From Geosiphon pyriformis uo1 (taxonomy: Eukaryota; Fungi; Glomeromycota): 47,513 nucleotides of DNA. Within the stretch, counting starts at the first letter, position 1, and the number at the start of each line of letters is the position of its first letter. Location of the stretch: positions 1-47,513 of the forward strand of contig JAAOMT010000761.1 of assembly GCA_016748015.1 (NCBI GenBank), read 5' to 3'. The notes under the pieces are model-generated. The model saw nothing but the letters and a program-made list of their open reading frames with translations. It was not told the origin of the DNA and made no database searches. The position numbers were made by a program, and so were the translations under genes. Below, one piece after another: positions 24,826 to 36,996 of the stretch.

Positions 24826-26545
24826 ATAAAGAAAGCTGCCAAAGTTTTTGGTTCTAGTGATGGTTTCAGACCTGTTCTTCCAAGAAAAAAAAGGAGGAGT
24901 GGCATTTTAGAAAATGGTTCTGGTGATAGAAATGTTGGTCTTAGTGTCTAAGGTAATCACTCATGGAGTTTAGAGACTGGTGACACCACTGAGTCTAAGA
25001 GTATTGATATAAAAGAGGAGTGTCTGATTGAGGAAACCAGTTTTGATTATGGTGAAGGTGGTGCTCTTGCTGAGGGAGATTATGATCAAACACCTATGGG
25101 CTTAAAAGTCAAAACCAAGAAAACATTGGATAAACCATTAGAAAAGATTGACTTCTCACCAAGCAGTAATGATGATGATGTTCTTTTAGTGCTTCCACCA
25201 TCTGCAAAGAATCTGGTCAATGTTTCTATTCAAAAATCTTTTGCATTAGATATTGGGTTGGACACGGTGATTAGAAAATTTTCTTGTGAAAAGCTTCTGG
25301 TGGTCAGAAATTTGGTTTCGAAGATCAATGGTTTTGGGGGGGCCTCTACTCTCTCAAAATTTGCTGGGATCATCAGAGCAATGTTCACTTCTGAATTGAG
25401 TTTAATGAAAGCTACCAAATTGGCCACTGATACAAAGATCCTGGTGAACACCGATCTCAAAAAATTATCTGGGTATTTAAATTGGACTGTAGTATTAAAA
25501 GAAATTCCTGTTGGAACCTCAACTAAGGCTGTGTGCACTGCACTATCTAGTTTTGGTGTGGTGGTGTTGATCAAAATACAGTTAGTGGGTTTGTAGCAGA
25601 AGGCTGTTGTTGAATTTAGTAAGAGTGAACAGGCTGATTTAGTTGCAGCCTGCTGGTTTATTATGATTGGAAAGGATGCTATGCATGTGGTCAGAGCCGA
25701 TCAAAACAAGGAATCATGAGACTCAAGAGATCAACATAGGGCTTTGTTCTATACTTTGCCAATGGGAACAACTGCACATGACATCTGGAATTATATTGGC
25801 TCTGTGGGTGGAAAAACATATACAATAGATTGTTATTCTGTTACATATGCTCGGGCCAGATGTGTTGTTGTTTGTTTTGATTCGGCTGATTACTTGAATG
25901 CTGTTATGAGAACTACTCCAGTTTTAAGGAATGTGAATATGTGTTGGTCTTTTTTGGGTTTTTCTAAATGTGCTAAGTGTGAGAAATTGGGTCATACATC
26001 TTTGGGCTGTGCTGTGGGTGAAAATATCTCCTCTAGGAAGCATTCTCGCAGACCCTTCTCAGACTTGGATAAAAGCAGGCTGGCGACCATCTATGCCAAG
26101 CATTCAGCTTTGATTGCTTGTCCTGTTGCTTTTGGTGGGGTTTCTTGGGCAAAAATTGTTGGCAGAAATGTTTTTCTTCCTCTTTGGAGATGAAGCCTAC
26201 CATCCATAATACAAGTAATGTTAAGAAAAGGTTTGCTGTTTTGAAAAGCAGTCTTGCCAGCTTCATGGGACAAATTAATGAGTTGACTAAGAGGTTGGAC
26301 TTATTTATGCTGGCAGTTTTTCAATCTAGTCCTGGATGTCAGCTGCTGATATAGTGATGGGAGAGAGTTTGAGTAAGGCCACTAGTGGTAAAACTGTTAC
26401 GACTTTGAACTTTTCTACTTCTACTGAAGTAAAAAGATTGGAAAACATGTTGGAAGGACTTTCTGTCTTGGTTTTAAGTCTTACAGCAAGATTTGATGGT
26501 TCAATTTTGGCTGGTAGTGCATTTTCTAAATCTTCTTCTCAATGA
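24826..26545 (+). pseudogene. LINE ORF1 (RRM-like region, CCHC knuckle, coiled-coil-like tail)
   Basis: In-frame pieces 25096-25596 and 25744-26193; knuckle CAKCEKLGHTSLGC. The start is inferred at a decayed ATG (ATA); the stop overlaps the ORF2 start (ATGA, 26542-26545). Confidence 0.8.
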
Positions 26546-29500
26546 TCAGTTTAGTTTGGAAGATTGCCATGTACAATGTTAGAAGTATGAATAATTCTGC
26601 AAAACAGGATGATGTAATATGTTGGCATAAAAAAATGAACAATTTGATTTCTGTTGTTACTGAGACTAAGTTGAAGGGCAAAATCCACTCATAGATCATG
26701 AATAAATTTGATGGTGTTTAGGTTTTCACCTTTAGTTTGGACTCTGGTCATTTGGGTTCTGGTGTTGCAATTATTATGGACATTTCTTTGACGAGACATA
26801 TATGTAAAATTTCTGAAGTTTCTGGTCATCTCTTTTCTCTCAAATTACTCTTCAAGAATAATCTTTCTGTGTTGATTTTGGGACTCTATGCTGGTGCGTC
26901 ATTGGTGGTTCAGTTCTCTTAGACTGATGAAATCAACTGTTTCATTGCAAAGGCAGTAAATAAGTCTTTCTTCATTATTTTGGGTGGTAACTTTAATGAA
27001 GATGGGTCCTGAAAGTGTGCTAGTTTCAAGAAATGCTTTGATTTGGGTTTAGTTGATTCTCTGAAGAGAAGTTTATTTGTTAAGACACCTATGTGAACCA
27101 ATTCCCATGGTGTTACTAAAGCTCTCGACTACATTCTTATTTTTTCAAGTTTGGTCAATGCTGTAACAGATGGTAGTGTGGCTGATGTCAAGAAATATTT
27201 TAATACTGATTACAAACCTGTATCTGCTTCTGTAAATTTGGGTAGTTTGCTCAATGTTCATTTAAGTTCAATACACAAACAGATAAATAATGATTATTGG
27301 AAGTTTGATGTCAAAAGTGTGGATGTAGTGAAATGGGGTGAGTTTAAAGATGCTACTGCAGTCAATGCTATCATGTTTTTGGATGAATTTGAGGCTGCCA
27401 AGAAGTTCTCTGATTTGGATGCTATGTGAAATACTGTTTACAAAATGATGGTTTTTTCAGCTAATAGTGCTTTCAAGAAGAAATGATTTAAGGGTTATAA
27501 TGAGGTGTTTACCAAAAAGTCTTCCAAGTTGCATAACTTGAAGGTTTTGGTGTCAAAAATTGTCAAGGCTTTTTGCGAGGCAGACTCCAGCAGATTTGAG
27601 TCTCTATTAAGATGCTGGGTTTCTATGGATAGTGACAAAGCTTCTGTTGTTTGTGATCTTGTGAATTCTGGTGTGAGTTTTGATTGTGTTTGTTCTGTTT
27701 TTTGTGGTGTGAGGAGGTATTATCATGCCTCTAAGCTTGCCAAGTCTTTGTGAGCCAAGGAGTCAGGCATTAGATCAGTTATTGAGAAAAGGATGGAGAG
27801 TTTTGTGGTCAACAAAGGCCACACAATCTGTAGTGTTTTGGAATGCCCATTCTGCAAAGTGGTGTTAGATTATTTGGTCTCTAATAGCAGCTTGATTTTG
27901 GACCCAGTAGAGATTAAAAATAAAATTGATAGTATAATAGAGGGCTGGACAAGGAAGAGAGCCATGCTGAGAAGTGTTCCTGATTTGTAGCAGTGTTAAT
28001 ACCTGTCATTGGATTATGTTGATGATAATGCTTTTTCAGGTGTAATGAATGCTATCAGTTTGGATGACTTAATATGTGTGATTAAGGATTTGCCGGATGG
28101 TAAAGCTGCTGGCTTGTCAGGCATTTCAAATGAATTTTGGAAACATTGTGATTGTTCTGTGTTAGGCTTGCTTCTGGATCTTCTGAATATTTGTTTAGCA
28201 TGTGAGTCAATTCCACATTGTTGGAAAGAAACTTAGATGTCAATGATTCCCAAGCCTTATAAGTGAGAGAGTGTCTTAACAAATACTAGGCCAATTGCTT
28301 TAATTGAGACTGCCCATAAGATTCTTTTTAAGTTGTTGTCTAACAGAATTTTTTCAGCATGCAGTCTATTCAACATACTTTGTGGAGACAATTTTTCAGT
28401 GCTTAAGGGAACAATCACTCAGTTTCCTATTTTTGCCATTGGTTTGGTTGTTAAAAATACTTTGGAAAAGGATCATGAGCTTTGGTTTGTGCTACAAGAT
28501 ATGCATAAAGCCTATAACTCTGTAGGTTGGCATCACTTGCATAATAGTTTGGTTTGGATCAAAATGTGCAGGCATTTTATTAGATTTTTTGGTTCAATTC
28601 ACAATGACCACATTAACTGGGTTATGACTGATTTTGGTCTAATAGATGGTTACTGGGTGCATGATGATTTTGATCAAAATGAGATTTTCTCTCCTTTGCT
28701 GTAAAGAATCTTTTATGACCCCCTTTTGTGTGAGGTCAAGAGACAGGAAAGTTTGTGTGGTTACCAAATTAATACTAAATTTGTAGCTAAGACTGGCAGA
28801 ATAGAAAACCAAGGCAGTTTGACTTCTTTTCTGGCTGCTAGTACATTCGTGGATGATATCATTTGGGTGGGGAGCAGTCAGGCTGCCACTCAATATATCC
28901 TGGACACAGTGAGTGAATTTTTCAGGATAAATGATATTTCTATCAATAATAAAAAAACTGTAGTCATTCCTATCAATTAGAGAGTTAGTAATGCTTCATT
29001 GTTAATTAGTGGTCTGCTGATTTTAATTGCTCGCAGGAAGGAGTTTTATTGATATCTTGGCATTTATTTGTTATCTGAGAGGTTGTCCAAACCGAGCTTG
29101 GCTAAGATGCACATAGATGTCAAGTTTTTTGTCAATTTGGTTCTCAAGAAAGCTATTTCAAACAAGCAGTTTTTTTATCTGGTATTAGCTGTATTGCAAC
29201 CAATTATCAGTTATAGAACTCAATTCAGCTTTGTTTCTAGGAATGTGTGTATAAAGTAGAATACATTGATCAGGAGGGAGTTGAGGCTTAAAGCTGGTCT
29301 TCCAAGAGACTTTCTCAATGAGGCCCTTCATTATTCTTTTTTGTACAGTTTAAGATTTTTTGAGCAGTTGCAAACTGAATACAAAGTGGCTTCTGTGTTG
29401 TGTTTCTCAAACACTAATAGTATTCTTGGTTATTTGTTCAATCATAAATCTTTAGATCTTCAAGTCTTGAGTTGGTCATCTATTCACTCTTTACATTGTC

Positions 29501-31223
29501 TGATTAGGTTGTATGTCAGTCTGGTCAATAATTTTTTGGCAAAAGTCATTAAAATTTTTTTGGACTATGACATGTCTCTTGGCAATCTCTCTGTTTCTGC
29601 ATTCTGATTTTCTGGTAAGACACCAATATCTGCAGTCCTAGGTGCTTCTTTGTTTTATGATATCTCTTTGTCTCTCAGAAAGTTTGGAGTCACCTTTGCC
29701 AAGCAGTTATATACCAAAAAAGATTTAATTTTTGATTGAAAAAGCTTTTGTCATTGGAAGAGACTTGATCTGAGGGGCTCTGTCCCTCATTGGTTCACTT
29801 TGATTTGTGACTTTTTGGATTGATCTTCTACTTCTGATAATTTGCGTATTGAAGGGTCATGGAATATGGATGTTTGCAGTTCAGGTGCAGTTTCCAGATT
29901 GAGCCATTGTTTCTTTTCAGCAAATATGAGGGTAGTCAATGTCTATACTGATAGATTATTGAGAGATTTGGGTTCATGTGAAATAAAATGTGGTGCTGCT
30001 GCTTATTTCTCAGATCTGGACATGAGTATTGGTGCTAAGGTTGGTGGATTGGTGTCTTTGACTATGGCGAAACTGCAGGCAATTGCTTTGGCATTAGAGT
30101 GTGTTCTCCTTAACAGTTCTGTAGTGGTTTATTCAAACAGTCAGGCTGCATTGGATACATGTGTGGCTGAATCTGCTCTGATGTCTCTGGATTTCTACAA
30201 CTGCTGTTGGATAGAATGGCATGGCATTGTCAATTTAATTAGGGATAAGTGGCTTGTTGTTTTTTGACATAAGGTAAAAGAACATTTAGGTGTTGTAGGT
30301 AATAAGTATGCTGATAAGTTGGCTGGTCTAGCTACAAGCTCTTCTTTGGCACTTCCTGTTTTGGTTAGAGAGAGATTTATCATGGCTACTGGGGAGGCAG
30401 TGTCTGGAAATGTTTGTCATTTTGCTTGTAAGATTTTTAGGTCTATTAATTGGGCTTGCTGGGAGGTTGGTTCTGGTTTCAATGTTGTTGATGACAGTTT
30501 GCTTGGTGATGTAAACTGGTTTTGCACTGCTTCAGTGTAGCATCCTGACTTCCATATGGCAGCCAGCTTTACCAGTAAATCTATAGCTGGTTTGCACTCT
30601 TATTTTTTAAAGGCTTTCCACTACCATCTCCTAGTTGCTGTACGAAAACGTCTGTATAGTAAGGTCTACCCAAGTGTTTCATATCTGCATTGTGGTGAAG
30701 TGGAAAGTTTCGACCATTTCTTTGTTTGCATGTTTAATTCTGATGCTCATAAAAGCATTCTCAAGTCTCATCTGGCCAAGTGGTAAAGTGTTTCTGAATT
30801 GGGTTTGCATTTGTCTTATGTCTTATAAGTGCTCTCTCTGTGCATATCTGATGATGTGTTGTATACTACTATGGGCAAAGATTTTGTGTTCAGGGATTGG
30901 GTTCAGAAAGCTTTGTCTATTCTAGGTGATATCAAGGTTGCGGAAAGATTTATTGTTGATTTTGTTTGAGAATTGAGTGCTGCTTACTGCTTGGATATTT
31001 GGGTGGTTAGAGCTAAATATAAGGTTTTAATGGAAAAAGGTGGTTTAATTCCACTTGATGGTTCAGTGTATCTTGTGATTCATAGTTTGTCATGCATGTT
31101 TTCTGCTGGAGTGATTAGGTTGCTTGGGATTTCCGAAGTGGTTGGTATCTGTTTTGGTTTTTATAAACATAGCTGCTTTTTTTTGGTATAAATGGTGTGG
31201 TTTCTGTTCTGATAGATTCATAG
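26542..31223 (+). pseudogene. LINE ORF2: AP endonuclease, reverse transcriptase, RNase H, C-terminal zinc finger
   Basis: APE: YNVRS, VTETKL, ILGGNFN, LDYI. RT: KAAGLSG, RPIALIE, QDMHKAYNSV, FSPLL, FVDD. RNase H: VYTD, AKLQAI, SNSQAA, GNKYADKLA. Zinc finger: HCGEVESFDHFFVC. Confidence 0.92.
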
Positions 31224-31628
31224 TGTTGCTTTAATTGGTCCGAGTGGCTGGTCACATGTATAAAGTGCATGATTAGTGCCTAGTTTAGATCACTTAGTTT
31301 GATGTATTGCACTAGGTGGTTTTTGGGCCTTACTTGTTAAATGTTAATAATAATAAAAAAAAACTTTTAAAACTTGTTTTTAAATAAATATTTAAATAAA
31401 ATTTTTATTGTTTATAATATTTTTTGGCCAAATTTATTTTAAAAACTTTTTTAAAAAAAAAACAACAATATTAAGCTTTTATATTTAATATTCTTTAAAT
31501 ATTCTAGTTTTATTTATATTTTTATCTTAATTTTTATTTTTATTTTTATCTTTAATATTATTTTTATTTTTATTTTTTTATTAAATTTAATAAATAAGAC
31601 TTAAAAGACTTTTTGTTTTCTTAATTTT

Positions 31629-33744
31629 ATAATCACAACCAAAGCAAAGAATAAAAAGCTGCACCTAATATTTTTTCTGAGGTATTTAATAAAATTTCAA
31701 TCAGAAATGCTTTTTCTGTTGTAGAAGCAACCAGACAGAACATTTTAAAAGCCTTCTATTTACTTAGTAATCGTAAAAAATTGTCTTTGGTAATTATTAA
31801 AACAATTTTTTTATCTTTAACTGGTTTTTTACTAGTTAAAGTTTCTTTAAAAAGACACATTTAGATCAATCTTAATGTTGTTTCTACTCTTTTGAAAAGC
31901 CCAAAAAATTTTAATAACAGACCAGTCAACAAGCTGGTTTTTTTTTCATAGCTTTTATACCAAGTGCTGCTAGTATTTTTTCTTCAAAAAAATATTTAAA
32001 AAGACCAAAAGTTTAAAAAAATGGAAGCAGTTATTTGCCTTTGCTATTGTTACACCAAACTTTTTTGTGGTTTCCAATGAGATCTTAAATAAGATTTCTA
32101 TAATATTATCTGATATATTATTTAAGATAAGCTAAGATTAACTATTGGCTGTATTGCTAAATATGGTGTTTTTTAACAGATTATTGTCAGTTTTAAAAAT
32201 AAAACAACTATTTTCTATGGTGTTATTTGTTTTTGAGAACTGGGCTAACCAGATGAAAACTGAATTATTTTTTTTTCTGGTTTTTGGTACTGTCATTAAT
32301 AGTGCTTGAAAAATTATTGCAAGTTGTCAAAGGTTTACTGAATAAATAGCTTTTATTCTGGTGTTTAATATTATTTTTAAGATTAAATTTACTTATGTTA
32401 AAACTGTTTTTTAGTCTGTATAAGGTTTTTGGATACAAAGTCAGTATCAAAGGACAATATAAAGCTCTTTTGTATAAAGTTTGCTTCTCACAAGTTTTTG
32501 GAAGCTGTATTTTTAGTTGAACTTACAAGTTTTGTTCATTTAGCTATTCTTAAAATTGCCAAGTCTTTGGTAATTTCTGGGTCTGGTTTTTTTTTTACTG
32601 CTGTTGTGCTGTGTAATGTGTTTTTGAGTATATTTGGTAATATTGCTTATGTTGTGCTGAAGCCTATTAATATTTGGCAATATGTAATTGTTCATTTTAA
32701 AAAATTGGATTTTGTTGTATTTGTTTTGAATTATTGATCAGTTTTGGTAAACAAAAACAGTGTTAGAATCTTCTTTTTGGTGAATCAAAATAAGATTATT
32801 CTGTTTTGTAATAGATTTAAGACCAAGTTAATTAATCTTTTTTCTGGCTGTACTGCTTTTGAAATCAACAATATGATTTCTTAGGTTGGTGGTCAGACAT
32901 GTTTTATTCTTTGTTCTTCTGATTCTGGTTGTTGTTTTTGGTTTGTTTTGGTTATGTTTAGATTTCAGATTGGTCTGAATGTTATTGTTGTTAAAACTGG
33001 TATACTGAAAAAGTGTTATATTTGGTAGAAAACACCTAGTTGTCAATACTGTTTTAAATGTTAAAAAATGGGTAATTGGGCTGTAGATTGTAAAATGTCT
33101 TTGCCTCTTCCTTCCAAGACTCCCAAAATATTTGCTCTACACTTTGTGAGTACAAAGTTTTATGCTAAAATGTTTGCCTGTCTGGGCTCTTCTGAATTCT
33201 CTCTATTGGTAATTTTTACTTTTTTTTTGAAGTTATAAATAATTCTTTAATTTTGTCTCAGCTAGTGTCTTTAAAATCTGATTTAGCCAAGTTGATGATG
33301 TTAATTAAATCTATTGTTAAGCCTGTTAAGAGATTGATAACTGTTTTTAAACAATTTATTAAAAGTGATTTTGTGTTAAACAACAAGCTTAAAAACAAAG
33401 TTAATAAGCTTATGATGTATTTGAGTGCTTTCAACAATCTATTAATAAGTTAGAAAAAGAGGTAGTAGTATTAAAAACTAAGTATAGTATGAATAATATT
33501 AATTTGTTTAATGATTTTAGAGTTTTAGTTGAAGTAAATAATGATGTGTTTGATAAGTTAATGATATTCTGGGAATTTAAATTTCTTAAGATTAGGTTCA
33601 ATCTCATGAAAACAACTGAGTGGTTTGTTGAATTGGTTTTTATTAGTCTTATTTTATTTAATATAATTTAAAAAATGTTTACTTTGGACAAGTTTTCTTG
33701 TAAATTGTTAGCATAGTATAGCTTAAACTGATTCAAGTAGCTGG
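31629..33744 (+). mobile_element. ORF1-only non-autonomous LINE-like element, 3' UTR cut by the Gypsy element
   Basis: IFGNIAYVVLKPINIWQYVIVHF aligns with LINE ORF1 FGVVVLIKIQLVGL(W)QKAVVEF. Decayed knuckle CFKC.KMGNWAVDC at 33050-33091. TAG at 33714 is followed directly by the LINE 3' UTR sequence. Confidence 0.7.
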
Positions 33745-34728
33745 TGTTACCAGAGGTTTTTGGTCTCTTTTCTTGAATGTTATAAGTGTTGATTTGCTGT
33801 GAATTTACGTTTCTAAAAAGTAGTTAAACCTCTAGTAACTAAATTTATCTTCAAATTATCTCCTATAATTTGAACTGCTTGGCTTATATGTGGAATGGCC
33901 AATTTTTTGCCAGTTACTTTTATGTAGTTACGTTGTAGTAAATATCAACTCTTTCCCAGAAATTGCTTGTCTAGAAGCTCACTAAAAATGTGTAGTTACT
34001 TTTCTGTGAAAGTTAACTCTTCTACAGTAATCTCGTTTGTAGGCTATCCTAATAATTGTAATAAGAAAAGAAAAGAAATATAAAAGAAATATAAAAGAAA
34101 TAGGATTCTGTCAAGAGAAATGTTTTCTATCCAGGCCTAGAGCTACTAACAGTTTATTGAAATTGGTAGCTAATCAATTTCAAAACATTAGTTGTGTTAA
34201 GGGAATTTCAAGTGTAATAATTTTAAGACTTTAGTTTTCGAATATTAAATTTTTTTATTTGATTTTGTAAAAAGTGATTTGTTTTAATTAAGATATTTAA
34301 AGTAAGATACTATGATAAGATACTATAAGAAAATGAGAAAGTATATTTTCTTGAAGAAAGAAGCTCTTCTTTTATACAACTTGTTGTAGTACTATTCTTT
34401 GAACTTGCATTTTTCTCTTTTCTACAATTTGGGTAAACTAAAGATATATTTTGGCAAATTTACAAGTTATTTCACTGAACTATTGATTATTTCGGCGAAT
34501 TTTCATTAATTTTGGCGAATTTTGACTATGTTAAATGGTTCAAAGTATTGTGTAATTTGATTATCTTAATTTCTAGAGTACAAATCGGATTATTGATTGA
34601 GTAATGATATTTGATAATTTGATTAAATAATAAGTAATAATCGAAATAATAATGATATATGCTAATTAATAATAGGAATTATAAGGGTAATTTCATGCTA
34701 ATTAATAGCTAAAATTCTACTGATAACA
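33745..34728 (-). repeat. 3' LTR, family A
   Basis: TGTTATCAG...CTGGTAACA; preceded on the minus strand by the purine tract GAAAAGGAGA. Confidence 0.95.
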
Positions 34729-34759
34729 TAATCTCCTTTTCAAGACTGAGCTTTGTCAT

Positions 34760-35450
34760 AGTCCAAGCACTATCTGTAATGTTAAGATAATGATCCAAGA
34801 TAATTGAAGTGATCTGATCTGAAAATTGTTGAAATTTCAGTTCTGTGAGCTTTTCAATGTATTGAATCTTTATTGGATGGAGTATTAGGTTTTGTAAGAC
34901 GTTTTCACAAGTGTTGAATAAATTATAGAGTCTAAATGCTGCTTTAAGTTTGTAGTGAATGTTTATTGGTCCAGCTGCTGTCTTGAATTCATTGTGAATT
35001 TGTTTTTGTATAGTCTCAGGAGTGATGTTGGTTGCTTCAAGTTTCAGTTTTCATTCATAAAGTGTTTTTCCAATATGAAAATATCTATATATAAAGGTAT
35101 GTTTATTGTTCTGTTCATTAAGAAATAGTAGAAGTTTTTATTGCATTGTGGCATTTGGTGAAATGTCAATAAAAGTAGATGAAAGGTTTTCCTTTAGTGC
35201 TTGCTTCAAAAGTTCTGATAACCTATTTTTAGAATGACCTTTTGTTCTTCTTATATAAGAGTGATAGTTTTGAGAATTATTTACTATTGGGGCTGTGGTT
35301 TTTTTCTGAATATAATTAATTTGGCTTCCATTAATTGTTATGAATAAGTCAAGAAGTGTTTTCAAGACTAACATTAATTTTTGGAATATTTGTTGAATGT
35401 TTTGGAGAATAATTATGATAAAATTGACTAATTAATAAACAAATTTGAAA
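34760..35450 (-). pseudogene. ORF3 (unknown ORF or domain)
   Basis: Includes ORF 35138-35374; ILQNIQQIFQKL..DLFITINGSQINY and AAFRLYNLFNTCENVL resemble the other ORF3 copies. Confidence 0.68.
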
Positions 35451-35559
35451 AAAAATTATTTTTGGGTATAGGGTTTTTATTTTTTTTTGGGTTTGAATGT
35501 TTCTTTTAATTATTTACTATTTTTAATTTATGTTTTTGTGTATAAATATTAAATTAAGT

Positions 35560-36939
35560 GTTCAAGTTTGGTTGTTGTTCTATTATAATTATTGGTTCTA
35601 AATTTTGGAAAATATTTTTAGGATCAATTAAAGGGGAATGTGTACCAATTTGTGGAATTAATGGTTCAGGATTGTTTCTGGAATGATAGTGTTTTAATCT
35701 ATCTCCATGTGCAACTTTTGCTAGTACTTTGTCATTAAGTCTTAACTTGTATGATCTATTGCCTAGAATTTCATGAATATAAAATGGTCCATCCTATTTG
35801 TTTTTAAATTTTCCACTCCATTGTTTTTCAGCCTTAGTTCTGAATAAGAAAACTTTATTTTCAACTTTAAATTTGTTGGTACTAGGTGGTAATTTGTTGT
35901 CATGTCTTTCTTTTTGTTGAGCTTAAGAATGTTCAATATGAGTTGCTGCTATCTTTTTTTTTCCTTTTAGTGTACTAAGAAGAGTGTAGGCCTTTCTTTG
36001 GAGTGTTTTTTGAAAGTTCTCTTTATTAATTGGTTGCACAGAGTATGTTTTTACTGTGAAATTAATTGGTAATGTTGCTGTTCTTCCATAAGTTAAATCA
36101 AATAGTGTGTGTTTTATAGTATCTTGTCTTAGTGTTCTGTATGCTAGTAATACTGATAGAATAAAGATATCCTATTTCTGCTCAAAGTCTGTTGAGACTT
36201 TGGCTAAAGATTCACACAGTGTTCTATTAAAACGTTCTACAAGTTCATTTTTTTAAGAGTAATAAGGTGATAATAGAGGTCTTTTGACATTGAATCATTC
36301 ACAAATTTCTTGTATTAAGTTGTTTAAAAAATGTGTTCTTTGATCAGATAAGAGTTCAATTGGGCATCCATGTCTACAAATAATGTCTTTATAGATAAAA
36401 TTTGCTACTGATTTTGCATCTGTTCTTTGGATGACTCTAACTTTAGGTCATTTGGTGAGATAATCTACTACAACTGCAATATAACAATTTCCTTAGATTG
36501 TAATAGGTAGTGGTCCGACTAAATCAATTCCAACTCTGTTAAAAAGTTGTCCAACTTTGATTGGATTTAAAGGTTCTGTGGAGCAAGTTCTTCTTCTTTT
36601 TTGACAATTATCACAAGATTCTACATATTGTTGAATGTCTTTTTGCATGTGAGGCCAAAAGTAATGTTCAAAGGTTCTTTGGATTGTTCCATCTCTTCCC
36701 AAGTGTGCTGAAAATAGGTCTGTGTGCATGTTGTATAAGATTGTTTCTTTTTCATTTTCTTGTACTAATCTGAATGGTTGGTTTGGATTTCTGTAATTTT
36801 TGTAATAAATTTTGTTGTGATGTATGAAATATTGTTTGGATTGGTGTTGTAATTGATGTTTTTCACTTGGAGACCAATTTTCTGACATGATAAGAGTCTC
36901 CAAATAGTTTTTAATATTGTTGTAATTTCTAGGATCCAT
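35560..36939 (-). pseudogene. Integrase (decayed)
   Basis: MHTDLFSAH...CDNC, GIDLVGPLP, LSDQRTHF, LVERFNRTL and DGPFYIHE. Confidence 0.93.
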
Positions 36940-36996
36940 TGTTGTTTGGTTATTGTATTGGTAGATTGGTAATTGTGGTGGGTTTTGTTGTTAATG

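Larger units (their letters stand above)
24700..31363 (+). mobile_element. Full-length non-LTR retrotransposon (LINE) with APE, RT and RNase H; decayed
   Basis: Two ORFs, a 3' UTR, and an AATAA/poly(A) tail ending at 31363. The 5' boundary is approximate. Confidence 0.93.

Noticed and set aside
31235-31254. TGGTCCGAGTGG as a tRNA A-box or hammerhead core
   Set aside because: There is no B-box, cloverleaf or CTGATGA/GAAA core; it is explained as the LINE 3' hairpin.
24675-31376. AAAACTTTAAAAAACTT / AAAACTTTTAAAACTT as the LINE TSD
   Set aside because: The match is imperfect in very low-complexity DNA and cannot be told from chance.
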